Below are positions 54,345 to 64,000 of a DNA stretch of 64,000 bases, in pieces. The stretch spans positions 68,017 through 132,016 of the forward strand of contig JBEHXL010000009.1 of the NCBI GenBank assembly GCA_048498715.1, given 5' to 3'. The stretch comes from Actinomycetota bacterium (GTDB taxonomy: Bacteria > Actinomycetota > Acidimicrobiia > Acidimicrobiales > JACCXE01). Below the pieces are notes generated by a model. It saw only the letters and a list, made by a program, of their open reading frames with translations, was not told where the DNA came from and ran no database searches. The stretch's first letter is position 1; each line of letters opens with the position of its first letter. The position numbers and the translations under genes are program-made.

Positions 54345-56132
54345 TCAGTCGTCGAGCTTGAGGGCGGAGACGAAGGCCTCCTGAGGGACTTCGACACGGC
54401 CGATGTTCTTCATCCGCTTCTTGCCCTCCTTCTGCTTCTCGAGCAGCTTGCGCTTACGGGTGATGTCGCCGCCGTAGCACTTGGCCAGAACGTCCTTGCG
54501 CTTTGCCTTGACGGTTTCCCGGGCGACGATGCGGCCGCCGATCGCGGCCTGGATCGGCACGTCGAACATCTGCCGTGGGATCAGCTCACGCAGCTTCTCG
54601 GTCATCTTGCGGCCGTAGTCGTAGGCCTTCTGCTTGTGAATGATCGTGGAGAACGCGTCGACGGGCGTGCCGTTGAGCATGACGTCGAGCTTCACGAGGT
54701 CACTGCGTTCGTAACCGGCGGGCTCGTAGTCGAGCGACGCGTAGCCCTTCGTGCGGCTCTTCAACGCGTCGAAGAAATCCATGACCACTTCGGCGAGCGG
54801 GATGCGGTACTGCAACTCCACCCGCTCGGGCGACAGGTACTCCATACGCGTCATCTCGCCACGGCGCTGCTGGCACAGTTCCATCAGCGTGCCCGTGTAG
54901 GTCGACGGCGTGAGGATCGTGATCGTGAACATTGGTTCTTCGATGAACTCGACTTCGCCCGCGGGCGGCATCTGCGCCGGGCTCGACACCTCGACCACGC
55001 GGTTGCCGTGGATGTGCGCCTTGTACGCGACCGAGGGTGCCGTCGCGATGAGCGACAGGTTGAACTCGCGCTCGAGACGCTCGCGCACGATCTCCATGTG
55101 CAAGAGCCCTAGGAAGCCGCAGCGAAAGCCGAAGCCGAGTGCGCCTGACGTTTCGGGCTCGTACGTGAACGATGCGTCGTTGAGCTGCAGCTTTTCGAGC
55201 GACTCACGCAGGCTTTCGAACTCGTCGCCGTCGATCGGAAACAACCCACAGAAGACCATGGGCTTGGGCTCTTCGTAGCCAGCAAGCGGTTCGTCCGCGG
55301 GACGGGCCGCTTCGGTGACCGTCTCACCCGAGCGCGCTTCGGCAAGGTTCTTGATGCCCGCAATGAGGTATCCGACCTCGCCAGTGCCGATCGACGCGAC
55401 AGGCGTCATGTTCGGCGTCTTCAGACCGATCTCTTCGACTTCGTGCAGTCCGTTCGTCTGCATGAAGCGCAAGCGGGAGCGGTTGTCCATCTGACCGTTC
55501 AGGACGCGTACGGCCGACACGACGCCGCGGTACTGGTCGTAGTAACTGTCGAACACGAGCGCCTGCAGCGGCGCGTCGGGATCACCGGTGGGCGCGGGCA
55601 CGCGCTCGATGACGGCGTCGAGGAGTTCCGCGACCCCCTCGCCCGTCTTGGCGGAGATCGGCAGGATCTCGTCGGCCGGAATGCCGAGCACCGTCTCGAT
55701 CTCGGCCGCGTAGCGCTCTGGATCCGCGGCGGGCAGGTCGATCTTGTTGAGCGCGGCGACGATCGTGAGGTCGTGCTCCAGCGCGAGGAAGCAGTTGGCC
55801 AGCGTCTGGGCTTCGATGCCCTGACTCGCGTCGACGAGCAGGATCACGCCGTCACACGCCGCAAGCGACCGCGACACCTCGTAACCGAAGTCGACGTGGC
55901 CGGGGGTGTCGATCAGGAAGATGTCGGTGCCCTTGTACTGCAGGCGAACGTTCTGCGCCTTGATGGTGATGCCGCGCTCGCGCTCGATGTCCATCGAGTC
56001 GAGATACTGCGCCTTCATGTGGCGAGGGTCGACCGCCCCACAGATCTCGAGCAGGCGGTCGGCGAGCGTCGACTTGCCATGGTCGACGTGGGCGACGATG
56101 GCTACAGCACGGATGCGATCAAGTGAAGACAA
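54345..56132 (-). CDS. lepA: elongation factor 4
   Basis: [25 protein letters not shown], and the LepA-specific C-terminus. TTG start. Confidence 0.97.
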   Translation of the reverse strand: MSSLDRIRAVAIVAHVDHGKSTLADRLLEICGAVDPRHMKAQYLDSMDIERERGITIKAQNVRLQYKGTDIFLIDTPGHVDFGYEVSRSLAACDGVILLVDASQGIEAQTLANCFLALEHDLTIVAALNKIDLPAADPERYAAEIETVLGIPADEILPISAKTGEGVAELLDAVIERVPAPTGDPDAPLQALVFDSYYDQYRGVVSAVRVLNGQMDNRSRLRFMQTNGLHEVEEIGLKTPNMTPVASIGTGEVGYLIAGIKNLAEARSGETVTEAARPADEPLAGYEEPKPMVFCGLFPIDGDEFESLRESLEKLQLNDASFTYEPETSGALGFGFRCGFLGLLHMEIVRERLEREFNLSLIATAPSVAYKAHIHGNRVVEVSSPAQMPPAGEVEFIEEPMFTITILTPSTYTGTLMELCQQRRGEMTRMEYLSPERVELQYRIPLAEVVMDFFDALKSRTKGYASLDYEPAGYERSDLVKLDVMLNGTPVDAFSTIIHKQKAYDYGRKMTEKLRELIPRQMFDVPIQAAIGGRIVARETVKAKRKDVLAKCYGGDITRKRKLLEKQKEGKKRMKNIGRVEVPQEAFVSALKLDD

Positions 56133-56137
56133 GGCAG

Positions 56138-57058
56138 TTAATAGCCCGCGTCGAGATCGACCAATCCGATCAACGGGAGTCCGTCAGAGTACCGGCGAAG
56201 GTTCTCCGTCACGCGTTTGGAAAGCAACGGCAGACCCATCTCGAGTGAGTTCGCGGTGTGTGGGGTGATGATGCAGTTGTCGAGGTCCCACAGCGGGTGC
56301 CCGTCGGGCAGCGGTTCGGGGTCGGTGACGTCGAGCGCCGCGCCGCCGATCCAGTGCTCCTGCAGCGCGACCACCAGGTCTCCGGTGACGACGTGCTGGC
56401 CCCGCCCGACGTTCACCAGCCACGCGTGGGGTGCCATCGACCGCAGGAAGGTCTCGTCGACGATGCCGGTCGTGTCAGGCGTGAGCGCGAGGGCGACGAA
56501 CACCGCGTCGACCCCGCCAACCGCGTCCAGCACCGCGTCGGGCCCGACCACTCGGGTGGCGCCGGGCACCGGGATGGATGAATCGCGCCGAACCACCGTG
56601 ATGTCGGTACGCATCGGCGTCAACAAGTCGATCAGGCACTCGGTGATGCCGCCGCCACCCAAAATCGTGACCTTGCCGTCGTAGAGCGACACACCGCCCT
56701 GCTTCTCCCAGGTTGTCGCTCGGATCCGCTGGGGCAGATCGCGCAGCCCGGCCAGCGCAAGGGCCAGGGCGTGTTCGGCGACAGGTTCGGCGTAGACGCC
56801 CTTTCCGCAGGTCCAGGTACGTGACGGGTCCAGGACGCCAGCGGCCACGAACTTCTCGATTCCGGCCCAGGGCAGCTGCACCCAGCTCGCCTGGGGCGAC
56901 GCTTCGAGCGCCCTCGTGAGGCCTGCCGTGTCGTCCGGGGCCAGGAAAATCAGCACATCGGCGTCGGCCGGGTCCTCTACGAGTTCGGCGCCGGCGGCGG
57001 CGACGGCTTCGGGCGCCCACGGGCGCGCGGGCAGCGGGGCAAGAGCGACTCGGACCAC
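56138..57058 (-). CDS. D-isomer-specific 2-hydroxyacid dehydrogenase family protein
   Basis: NAD loop [11 protein letters not shown]...L and ITPHTA motifs. GTG at 57058 is chosen because 57059-57136 is AT-rich rpsT leader DNA. Confidence 0.78.
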   Translation of the reverse strand: MVRVALAPLPARPWAPEAVAAAGAELVEDPADADVLIFLAPDDTAGLTRALEASPQASWVQLPWAGIEKFVAAGVLDPSRTWTCGKGVYAEPVAEHALALALAGLRDLPQRIRATTWEKQGGVSLYDGKVTILGGGGITECLIDLLTPMRTDITVVRRDSSIPVPGATRVVGPDAVLDAVGGVDAVFVALALTPDTTGIVDETFLRSMAPHAWLVNVGRGQHVVTGDLVVALQEHWIGGAALDVTDPEPLPDGHPLWDLDNCIITPHTANSLEMGLPLLSKRVTENLRRYSDGLPLIGLVDLDAGY

Positions 57059-57129
57059 AGGTGGATAGTAAAGGCCCAGGCCTGCTAACTTTTTATGTCC
57101 TGCTTTTCGCAACCTAAGGATTTCCTCAG
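57059..57129 (+). promoter_or_regulatory. rpsT promoter/leader region
   Basis: This is the only clearly AT-enriched intergenic stretch here (ctaactttttatgtcctgcttttcgcaacctaaggatttcc). It has a TANNNT-like taactt and an aagga SD 9 nt before the TTG start. No experimental support. Confidence 0.3.
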
Positions 57130-57384
57130 TTGGCAAACATCAAGAGCCAGAAGAAGCGCAACATCACCAATGAGAAGGCACGTCTTGCCAACAAGGCTGT
57201 CCGCTCAGAGTTGAAGACGCGCACCAAGGCTGCGGTTGCCGCTGCCGGTACCGACGAGGCCACCGACGCCTTCAAGGTTGCTCAGAAGAAGCTCGACAAG
57301 GCCGCGACGAAGGGCGTCATCCACAAGAACGCCGCCGCCCGTCGCAAGTCGCGCCTCGCCAAGCGCGTCAACGCCGCTTCCTAA
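57130..57384 (+). CDS. rpsT: 30S ribosomal protein S20
   Basis: [10 protein letters not shown]...AARRKSRL. A basic 84-aa protein with a TTG start. Confidence 0.95.
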   Translation: MANIKSQKKRNITNEKARLANKAVRSELKTRTKAAVAAAGTDEATDAFKVAQKKLDKAATKGVIHKNAAARRKSRLAKRVNAAS

Positions 57385-58373
57385 GCCGTCATCGCCCGGT
57401 ACAGCCGGGCGTACGCCTCGGCCACCGCGCTCGGCCGAAACCGTTCCCGGTTGACGTAACCGGCTCGCACCAGTTCTGCCCGATAGTCCGCGTCCGCGAG
57501 GACGCGTTCGAGTCCTTCCCGGATCGAGCGCACGCTCTCCGGATCCACGAGGCACGCCGCTCCACCGGCTACCTCGTTCATCGGCGCCCGGTCGCTCGTG
57601 ATCACCGGTCGACCCGTCGCCTGGGCCTCGACGATCGGCATCCCGAATCCCTCGTAGGTCGACGGAAACAGCACGACATCGGCCTCCGCGTACATGTCGC
57701 GCAGCCGACCGGCCGGAACCTCGACGTCGTTCGAGAAGTCGATGCCGTTCGCGCGCAGCATCTCGGCTTGGCGGGAGGAGAGCGGCCCGATCACACACAG
57801 CTGCGCGTCGAGCCCCCGCATTGCCTCGGCGATGCGCGCCAAGTTTTTGTTCGCGGTGGTGCCGACGCACAGAACAACCGGCTTGTCGTTCGCGGCCTCA
57901 CGCGGACACGGCACGAAGGCGTCGTCGATACAGACCGGTATGACCTCGATCCGGTCGCGGGCAATGCCCGCGTATTCGGCGACCTGTGACGCAGTGAAAT
58001 CGGAGATCGCCACGACCTGCGCCACCCGTCGAGTCGGCAAGCGCAGCCAAAGCGCTCGGTAGAGGTGGCGAAGGACCGGATTCTGCGACGTAGCCAATCC
58101 ACAGTCGAGGATCGTCAGAACCGCGTGTTTACGGCGAAGCCCGAGCGTCACGAAATGGATGTCGCCGGTGATGTGCAAGATGTCGCTGCGTTGGCGCGCT
58201 GCGTCGAGGATGTCGGCGACGCGGCGAACGACGCCCGACGAGACAAAGGGCATGACGCGCACCCGCACGCTGATGTCGTCAGGCATCGCGGCCCTGACCG
58301 AGGCGAAGTAGCCCTCGAGACTGAAGTTCAGCCCCCGGATGGGCCGACGATGTACGTGGACAACTTTGATCAG
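57381..58373 (-). CDS. glycosyltransferase (GT-B, family 4/1 type)
   Basis: The C-terminal [18 protein letters not shown] is typical. The N-terminal family motifs IKVVHV..., NFSLE, HITGDIH and TILD include residues encoded upstream of the first ATG (58286). The start is therefore placed at CTG 58373 (see finding). Confidence 0.7.
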   Translation of the reverse strand: MIKVVHVHRRPIRGLNFSLEGYFASVRAAMPDDISVRVRVMPFVSSGVVRRVADILDAARQRSDILHITGDIHFVTLGLRRKHAVLTILDCGLATSQNPVLRHLYRALWLRLPTRRVAQVVAISDFTASQVAEYAGIARDRIEVIPVCIDDAFVPCPREAANDKPVVLCVGTTANKNLARIAEAMRGLDAQLCVIGPLSSRQAEMLRANGIDFSNDVEVPAGRLRDMYAEADVVLFPSTYEGFGMPIVEAQATGRPVITSDRAPMNEVAGGAACLVDPESVRSIREGLERVLADADYRAELVRAGYVNRERFRPSAVAEAYARLYRAMTA

Positions 58374-59695
58374 CCGATGACCTCAACCGGAAGAAGCCGA
58401 TTGACCGCGGTCTCGATCAGTTCTGCGTCGCCCACGAGGACCGGGGCGAGCAACGTTGGCGCGAGATACGTCGCCGCCACCCGAGCGATGTCGTCCGGGG
58501 TCTGCTTGTCGGCGGCCAGCGGCAGCTCGCGCAGATAGGACACGTCAAGCCCGGCAATCGCGAGCGACATCAGATACGACGCCAGCCCGGCCTGCGTCTC
58601 CGCCGACAGCGCCATGTTGCCGGCGAGGAATCGCTTGGCGTCGGCGAGTTCGGCGTCGCCGACCGGCGTGGTGACCAGACGTCCGATTTCGTAGAGCGTC
58701 TCGACGAGCGCCGGAGCAGTCACTGCCGTCTGTACGTCGGCGCCGATCGTGAGCGACGACGCCGCGAGATTGTGCGAGACCCCCGCCGACGCACCGTACG
58801 TGAAGCCCTTGTCCTCGCGGAGATTGTGATTCAACCGCGACGTGAAGCCGCCGCCCAGGATTGTCAAGGCCAGGGTGAGCGCTGGAAAGTCCGGGTGGGC
58901 GCGGCCTATCCCAAGGCCGCCGAGTCGCATGTTGGTCTGCACGGCGCCCGGCTGGTGCACGATCCGCAGCGGACCGACGGTGACGGGCGCAGGCGTGGGC
59001 GTCTTGAACGGCTTGCGAGAGCCGGTCCATCCCCCAAGCGCCTTGTCCACGGCGTCGACCATCTTCTTCGGCGGTAGGTCACCGACAACCACCATCAGCG
59101 CGCCACCCGGCTTGATCACCGAGCTGTGGAACTTGCGTACGCCGGCCCGCGTGACGGGGCTGACGATGTCGGGCGTCGGCATTGGTCGCCCGTACGGGTG
59201 ATCGGGGAAGATGCGCTCCCCCAGCGCGTACTGCGCCTTCGCCGCAGGCTGGCTGCGCATGATCGTGATGCCCTGCTCGGCCTGAGCCTTCGCAAGGTCG
59301 ACTTCGTCGCTGGGGTGCGTCGCGTTCTGGAGGACGTCGTTGAGCAGGGCGAGATACGCCGGGAGGTCGCGGGCGAGCGAGATCGCCGAGACGAAGAGGC
59401 TCTCGGTGTCGGCGCTGGCCCAGACCTCGCCGCCGAGACGCTTCATCTCCTCGGCGATCTGGAGCTGGCTGCGCGTCGGCGTTCCGGCGAGCATCGTCGA
59501 ACTGAGGATGTCGTCGAGCACTGTCGACTCGAGATCCTTGCGCGCGATGTCGAAGCGAATGCGGGCCTGGACCATCGGCACGCCGGGCTTGCGCGCCGCG
59601 AGCACGCGAAGGCCGTTCGCAAGGGTGGTGTCGAGGACGGCCGGGAGCTTGCCCGGCTTGGTCGGATTGACGGATGGTTGCGTGCGAGCGCTCAC
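58370..59695 (-). CDS. M16-family peptidase-like protein lacking HxxEH (non-catalytic partner)
   Basis: M16 fold similarity (LANGLRVLA...) with no zinc motif. The GTG start overlaps the upstream stop (GTGA). Confidence 0.8.
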   Translation of the reverse strand: MSARTQPSVNPTKPGKLPAVLDTTLANGLRVLAARKPGVPMVQARIRFDIARKDLESTVLDDILSSTMLAGTPTRSQLQIAEEMKRLGGEVWASADTESLFVSAISLARDLPAYLALLNDVLQNATHPSDEVDLAKAQAEQGITIMRSQPAAKAQYALGERIFPDHPYGRPMPTPDIVSPVTRAGVRKFHSSVIKPGGALMVVVGDLPPKKMVDAVDKALGGWTGSRKPFKTPTPAPVTVGPLRIVHQPGAVQTNMRLGGLGIGRAHPDFPALTLALTILGGGFTSRLNHNLREDKGFTYGASAGVSHNLAASSLTIGADVQTAVTAPALVETLYEIGRLVTTPVGDAELADAKRFLAGNMALSAETQAGLASYLMSLAIAGLDVSYLRELPLAADKQTPDDIARVAATYLAPTLLAPVLVGDAELIETAVNRLLPVEVIG

Positions 59696-60987
59696 TTGCC
59701 CTCCCCCGGCTGCCAGTCGAGAACGGATCGTTGGTTGGGCGTGAACCACTTGGCGGCCTGCGCCTTCACGTCGGCGAGCGAGACGTGCTCGAGCGCGACG
59801 GGCAGTTCGTTGATGAGCTCGGCCTGGCCGCGCTGCTGTTCGAGCGGAGCAATCGTGAGCGCACGATTCATGACGCTGTCGGTGCCGCGAAGGAACGCAG
59901 CCGTCGCACCAATGCGCGTGCGATCCAATTCCTCTTGGGTGAGCTCGTCGGGCACGCGCTCGATGGTCTCCGTGATCGCATCGAGGATCGTGTCCGCATC
60001 ACCCCCCGGCGGGTAGATCGCGAGCACGTTCGTGAGGATGGGGTCGCGCATGTCGAGCCAGTTGTCGAATGGTCCGACGAAGCCGGCAGTCGCAGTCACC
60101 AGACCCGTCTTCACCAGCCGCTGGTACAGGCGGGACGACTCACCTTCGGCCAGCACCTGCACGAGGAGGTAGTAGGCCGCGTACGCCTCGAGGTCCTTCG
60201 GATTCGGAGCGCGGTAGCCGACCACGAGTGCGGGTGTCGGCGACATCGGATCGTGGTGCACGCCGCGGCGTTCCTTGGTCGGCACCGGTTCACCGAAGTC
60301 AGGACGCTTCGGTACGGCGCGCTTGGGCACGTCGCCGAAATGCTTTTCGACCAACGCGATCGCGTCGTCGACGTCGATGTCGCCGGCGATGGTGAGCAGG
60401 GCGTTGCCCGGCGCGTAGTACCGCTTCCAGAAATCAGTGGCGTCGTCGACGGTCGCCGCTTCGAGATCGACGAAGGAGCCGTAGCCGTTGTGCGCGTTGT
60501 TAAACGTCTCGTACGCGATCGGCGGTAGGAAGATCATCTGCATACCGCCGTAGGGACGGTTCATGATGTTGAGCCGGATCTCTTCCTTCACCACGTCGAT
60601 CTGATTCGCAACCGTGTGCTCCGTTATGACGGGACTGCGCATCCGATCGGCCTCGAGGAACAGCATCAGTTCGAACGCGCCCGACGGAACGACCTGGAAA
60701 TAGTTCGTGTAGTCCGGCGTCGTGGAGCCGTTGAACGAGCCGCCGTTGCCCTGGATCAGCTTGGCGTGCTCGAGCTTGGGCAGGTTCTCGCTGCCTTCGA
60801 ACATGAGGTGCTCGAACAGATGGGCGAACCCGGTGCGCCCTTCCGGCTCGGACCGAAAGCCGACGTCGTAGTGCACGGCGACGGCGACGACGGGCGAGCT
60901 CCGGTCGGGAGCGAGCACCACGCGCAACCCGTTCTTCAGGGTGTGACGCGCGATGGGAAAGGACGGGGCCAGAACATTGCTAGGCAC
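59692..60987 (-). CDS. M16-family zinc peptidase (pitrilysin-like)
   Basis: LKNGLRVVL and the zinc motif GFAHLFEHLMFEG (HxxEH). GTG start. Confidence 0.88.
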   Translation of the reverse strand: MPSNVLAPSFPIARHTLKNGLRVVLAPDRSSPVVAVAVHYDVGFRSEPEGRTGFAHLFEHLMFEGSENLPKLEHAKLIQGNGGSFNGSTTPDYTNYFQVVPSGAFELMLFLEADRMRSPVITEHTVANQIDVVKEEIRLNIMNRPYGGMQMIFLPPIAYETFNNAHNGYGSFVDLEAATVDDATDFWKRYYAPGNALLTIAGDIDVDDAIALVEKHFGDVPKRAVPKRPDFGEPVPTKERRGVHHDPMSPTPALVVGYRAPNPKDLEAYAAYYLLVQVLAEGESSRLYQRLVKTGLVTATAGFVGPFDNWLDMRDPILTNVLAIYPPGGDADTILDAITETIERVPDELTQEELDRTRIGATAAFLRGTDSVMNRALTIAPLEQQRGQAELINELPVALEHVSLADVKAQAAKWFTPNQRSVLDWQPGEGK

Positions 60988-61008
60988 CCGGCGAACCTTA
61001 GGCGGACC

Positions 61009-62001
61009 TCACGAAGCGCGTGACGCAGGGCGGCGGGTGGGGCGACCGACCCGGGCGAGACGGGCGACGAGCACCTCGAGGACGAGCTCCTCGGGCCATG
61101 ACGAGCGACCCTTGAGGTCGACTTCGGCATCAGCGACGAGGCCGAGCATCCGGAGCAATGCGTCAGTGCCGAGACGGCGCGACTGGCTCAAGGCTTTACG
61201 GGCGGGATATGCGGCGATACCGAGCAGGGCGGCAGCTTCGGCTTCGCCCGCAACGTTGGCTCCGTCGAGGCGGGCCATGCGACTGACGTGGCTGTGCAAC
61301 GACGAGATCACGCCGAGGGGATGCCGACCCGCACCGGCGAGCAGGCGGTGCAGTTGCTTGATCGCTTCGTTGGCGTCCCCGCTGTCGATCGCGTCGGTGA
61401 GATCCCAGGGGGCCGAGCTCCCGGCGTCGCCGAGGTAGGGCTCTACCTGTGCGGGGCTGATCTTGGTGCCGGGGCCGTACGCCGCGGTAAGCACGTTGAG
61501 CAGCGGCTCGAGACGGGCGATGTCTTCGCCGAGGTGTTGCTCGATCAGCTTGGCGGCCGCGGTATCGACCTTGATCGGCGCCGCCTTGAGTTTGTCGAGC
61601 ACCCAGGAGGTGCGGGCCTTTCCGCGCGGCGTGCCGGCGTCGACGACCCGGCCGGCCTTCTTCACGGCGTCGGCGAGTGGCTTCGGGATCGTGCCGCCGC
61701 CGCCCCCGAGGATGATCGTCGAGGTGTCGACGGGCGACGCGAGGTACTCGATCAGTGGCGCGACCTGCGCAGCGTTGAAGCGGCCGACCTCTCGCACGAC
61801 GATCACGCGCCGGGGAGCCAGGAAGGAGGGCGTCGCCGCGGATTCGGCCGCCGCTGCGGGCGCCTCCTCGTGGGTCGTGAGGTCTTCGAGGATGAGCGAC
61901 GGATCGTCGGGACCCACGACCTCGTCGATCGTGAGATTGAGCTCCTGAGCCAGCAGGATCGGGTCGTCGCCCTTGATGAGGTAGATGACCTCTCTGCTCA
62001 C
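61009..62001 (-). CDS. holA: DNA polymerase III delta subunit
   Basis: VIYLIKGDDPILL... with a delta-like clamp-loader pattern. It sits in the conserved comEC-holA / rpsT neighbourhood. GTG at 62001 overlaps the folP-like stop (GTGA). Confidence 0.82.
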   Translation of the reverse strand: MSREVIYLIKGDDPILLAQELNLTIDEVVGPDDPSLILEDLTTHEEAPAAAAESAATPSFLAPRRVIVVREVGRFNAAQVAPLIEYLASPVDTSTIILGGGGGTIPKPLADAVKKAGRVVDAGTPRGKARTSWVLDKLKAAPIKVDTAAAKLIEQHLGEDIARLEPLLNVLTAAYGPGTKISPAQVEPYLGDAGSSAPWDLTDAIDSGDANEAIKQLHRLLAGAGRHPLGVISSLHSHVSRMARLDGANVAGEAEAAALLGIAAYPARKALSQSRRLGTDALLRMLGLVADAEVDLKGRSSWPEELVLEVLVARLARVGRPTRRPASRAS

Positions 62002-62831
62002 GCGGCACCTCGATGCAGCGCAGCGAGAAAATCGCACAGGCAGCGTGATCCGGCGACATCGTGCACGCGCACGATGCGACACCCGAGCATCACGCCGAGC
62101 GAGGTGGCGGCGTGCGATGCCTCGCGCCGTTCGTGCACTTCGAGATCGAGGAGTTTGCCGAGGAACGTCTTGTTCGAGGACGACAACAAGAGCGGGAAGC
62201 CGAAGGAGGCCAACTCGTCGGAGTGGCGCAACAACTCGAGTGACTGCTGCCAGGTCTTGCCGAGATCGAGTCCGGCGTCGAGCACGATGCGATCGGCCGC
62301 TACTCCGGCGTCGAGCGCCCACTGCGCCCGTTCCTTGAGAAAGTTGCCGACATCCTTGACGACGTCGTCGTATTCTGGCTCCGGATCGGCGACGCGGGGC
62401 TTGAGCCGGATGTGGGTCGCGATGACGGTGGCGCCCGCCGCCGCGGCAGCGGGCAGGTATTGCGGATCGCCAAAACCGCTGATGTCGTTGCCGATGACGG
62501 CGCCCAACTCGTAGGCGCCTTTCGCGACCGCGGCTCGCCACGTGTCGACCGAGATGGGTGTGTCGAACCTCGACACGAGCGCCTCGATGGCCGGAAGGAC
62601 GCGTTCGAGTTCTTCCTGTTCGTCGACCTCGGGGCCAGGGCCGGCCTTCACGCCACCCACGTCGAGAATGTCGGCGCCGTCGTTCACGTGTTGTTCGGCC
62701 AAGCGCAGGAACGAGTCGAAATTCCAGAACTCACCCTTGTCGTAGAACGAGTCGGGCGTGCGATTGAGAATGCCCATCACGAGGCAGCGGTCGGTGATGT
62801 CGACGGGCTTGTCACCGAGGCGCAGGATCAC
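61998..62831 (-). CDS. folP: dihydropteroate synthase family protein
   Basis: MGILNRTPDSFYDKG, DILDVGG, ISVDT, NDISG, GLDLGKT, SNKTFLG, VRVHDV. GTG at 62831 overlaps the comEC stop (GTGA). Confidence 0.8.
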   Translation of the reverse strand: MILRLGDKPVDITDRCLVMGILNRTPDSFYDKGEFWNFDSFLRLAEQHVNDGADILDVGGVKAGPGPEVDEQEELERVLPAIEALVSRFDTPISVDTWRAAVAKGAYELGAVIGNDISGFGDPQYLPAAAAAGATVIATHIRLKPRVADPEPEYDDVVKDVGNFLKERAQWALDAGVAADRIVLDAGLDLGKTWQQSLELLRHSDELASFGFPLLLSSSNKTFLGKLLDLEVHERREASHAATSLGVMLGCRIVRVHDVAGSRCLCDFLAALHRGAA

Positions 62832-64000
62832 GTTTGCGAAGTTACTTCGACCTCGAGCGGTGGTCCGGCGTCGGTGATTCGAACCTGGAGCGGGCCGGCT
62901 CGAGCGACGGCACCGAGTCGGGCCGTCTTCGCTCCGGCGATTTGATGATGTTCCGGGGCCAGCACCGCCCGAGGGCGAAACGCCTGCACAATCGGCCACG
63001 CCGCATCGGCGGCGGACGACCCGGGCCGGGTCACCACGAACACGTCGAGACGCTGCACCCGTCGTCGTCGAAGTTCCTGGGTAACCGCCGAACTCACACG
63101 ACCGCCCACGACAAGCACGGACCGGCCCTCGACGACCCACAACGACACGCCCGGGCCGAGCGGCGCGGCGGCGGTGGCGCCGGGCGCCATCACGGCGGCG
63201 AACGCCACGAAGACGGCGACCGCACCCGCCACCGCGCCCCCGACAACGCGTGTCCGCTCGCTGTGCCACAGCCAGGACGCGATCACGCAACCGGTCACAA
63301 GAATGACGGCCGCAGTCGGGCCGAGGGGCGCCAGCGGCAAACCTGCGGCCCACCGGGCGACTCCTGCCACCCACCACAGCATCGCCCGATCCGGCAGATG
63401 CAGCAGCCATGCCAAGGGCGGCAGCAGCCCGGCGACGGGACCCATCACGAGGCCCCACATCATCACCGGCCCGGCGATGGGCACCGCGAGAACGTTCGCG
63501 GGCAACGACGCGAGCGGCATCGATCCGAACGTCGGCAACAGCACGACGGCTGCGCCCACTTGCGCGGCAATCGACGCCGCGAGCAGCAACGGCACGCCCC
63601 GATCCTGGAGTCGCTTGGTCAACACCACGAGTCCGCTGCACGCCGCCACCGACAATCGAAACCCGACGCTGCGCACCAGCAGCGGATCGACCAATACGCA
63701 GCCGGTCACCGCGAGCGCGAGCAGCCGCGACGCGGGAACCGGTCGTCCGACAAACGAACCCGCCGCGGCGACGGCGGCCATTGCTTCCGCGCGCAATACC
63801 GACGGCTCCCATCGCGTGAGCACGCCGAAGCAGAACAACGCGGCCAGCGTGCAACCCAGCCGCCAGCGAAGGCCGCCGCGCCGAATGAGCGGTGTGGCGA
63901 GCAGCAAGCAGAACGCAACGTTCTGCCCGGAGACGACCATGAGGTGCGTCAGCCCGGCCGCCTTGAACGCATCCTGAAGTTCGGCTGACTCGCCGCGGTC
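62828..64000 (-). CDS. comEC: ComEC/Rec2-family DNA internalisation membrane protein, N-terminus beyond the window
   Basis: The frame is open to base 64000 (…AGLTHLMVVSGQNVA, the ComEC signature). Many TM segments. Confidence 0.8.
   Translation of the reverse strand, partial: DRGESAELQDAFKAAGLTHLMVVSGQNVAFCLLLATPLIRRGGLRWRLGCTLAALFCFGVLTRWEPSVLRAEAMAAVAAAGSFVGRPVPASRLLALAVTGCVLVDPLLVRSVGFRLSVAACSGLVVLTKRLQDRGVPLLLAASIAAQVGAAVVLLPTFGSMPLASLPANVLAVPIAGPVMMWGLVMGPVAGLLPPLAWLLHLPDRAMLWWVAGVARWAAGLPLAPLGPTAAVILVTGCVIASWLWHSERTRVVGGAVAGAVAVFVAFAAVMAPGATAAAPLGPGVSLWVVEGRSVLVVGGRVSSAVTQELRRRRVQRLDVFVVTRPGSSAADAAWPIVQAFRPRAVLAPEHHQIAGAKTARLGAVARAGPLQVRITDAGPPLEVEVTSQT

Noticed and set aside
62002-62541. 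Long N-terminal extensions of the holA ORF (and likewise 62832-63854 for the folP-like ORF)
   Set aside because: The extensions are Arg/Pro/Gly-rich and overlap the well-supported upstream genes in another frame. The GTGA-coupled internal GTG starts give proteins of normal length.

Overview
Visibly high-GC DNA (codon third positions are almost all G/C). It is very gene-dense: about 60 protein-coding genes, almost no intergenic DNA, and many 1-4 nt start/stop overlaps. I found no rRNA, tRNA, CRISPR array, transposase or integrase. Gene content and local order point to core chromosome of an Actinomycetota member; this assignment is inference from mycobacterial-type synteny. The supporting blocks are fabD-acpP-kas-accD6 plus an InhA-like fabI with a divergent merR-fabZ, aceE, lpd-E2-lipB/lipA, pepA, metH, egtD-egtB, thiG-thiH and lepA / rpsT / holA / comEC. 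The best candidate for an undescribed system is a tightly coupled minus-strand trio at 22400-24161. It encodes a YcaO-domain protein, an E1/ThiF-like cyclodehydratase partner and a stand-alone RRE/PqqD-like peptide-binding protein. The trio has no precursor peptide, dehydrogenase, protease or transporter gene nearby. Its YcaO carries substitutions at the canonical ATP/Mg-binding residues, the RRE is split off and placed after the E1-like domain, and the YcaO N-terminus has no canonical start codon. Other notable items: a Lys-less biotinyl/lipoyl-like mini-protein inside the FAS-II operon; a single-ORF LipB-LipA fusion; a 1239-aa four-domain LivH-LivM-LivF-LivG ABC fusion; a glycosyltransferase whose conserved N-terminus needs a CTG (CTGA-overlap) start; a tandem-HTH MerR regulator coupled to fabZ; a folP-like gene nested between comEC and holA; and thiG-thiH without thiS or a recognisable TPP riboswitch. 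All protein family calls are by-eye motif and similarity recognition. No database search was run.
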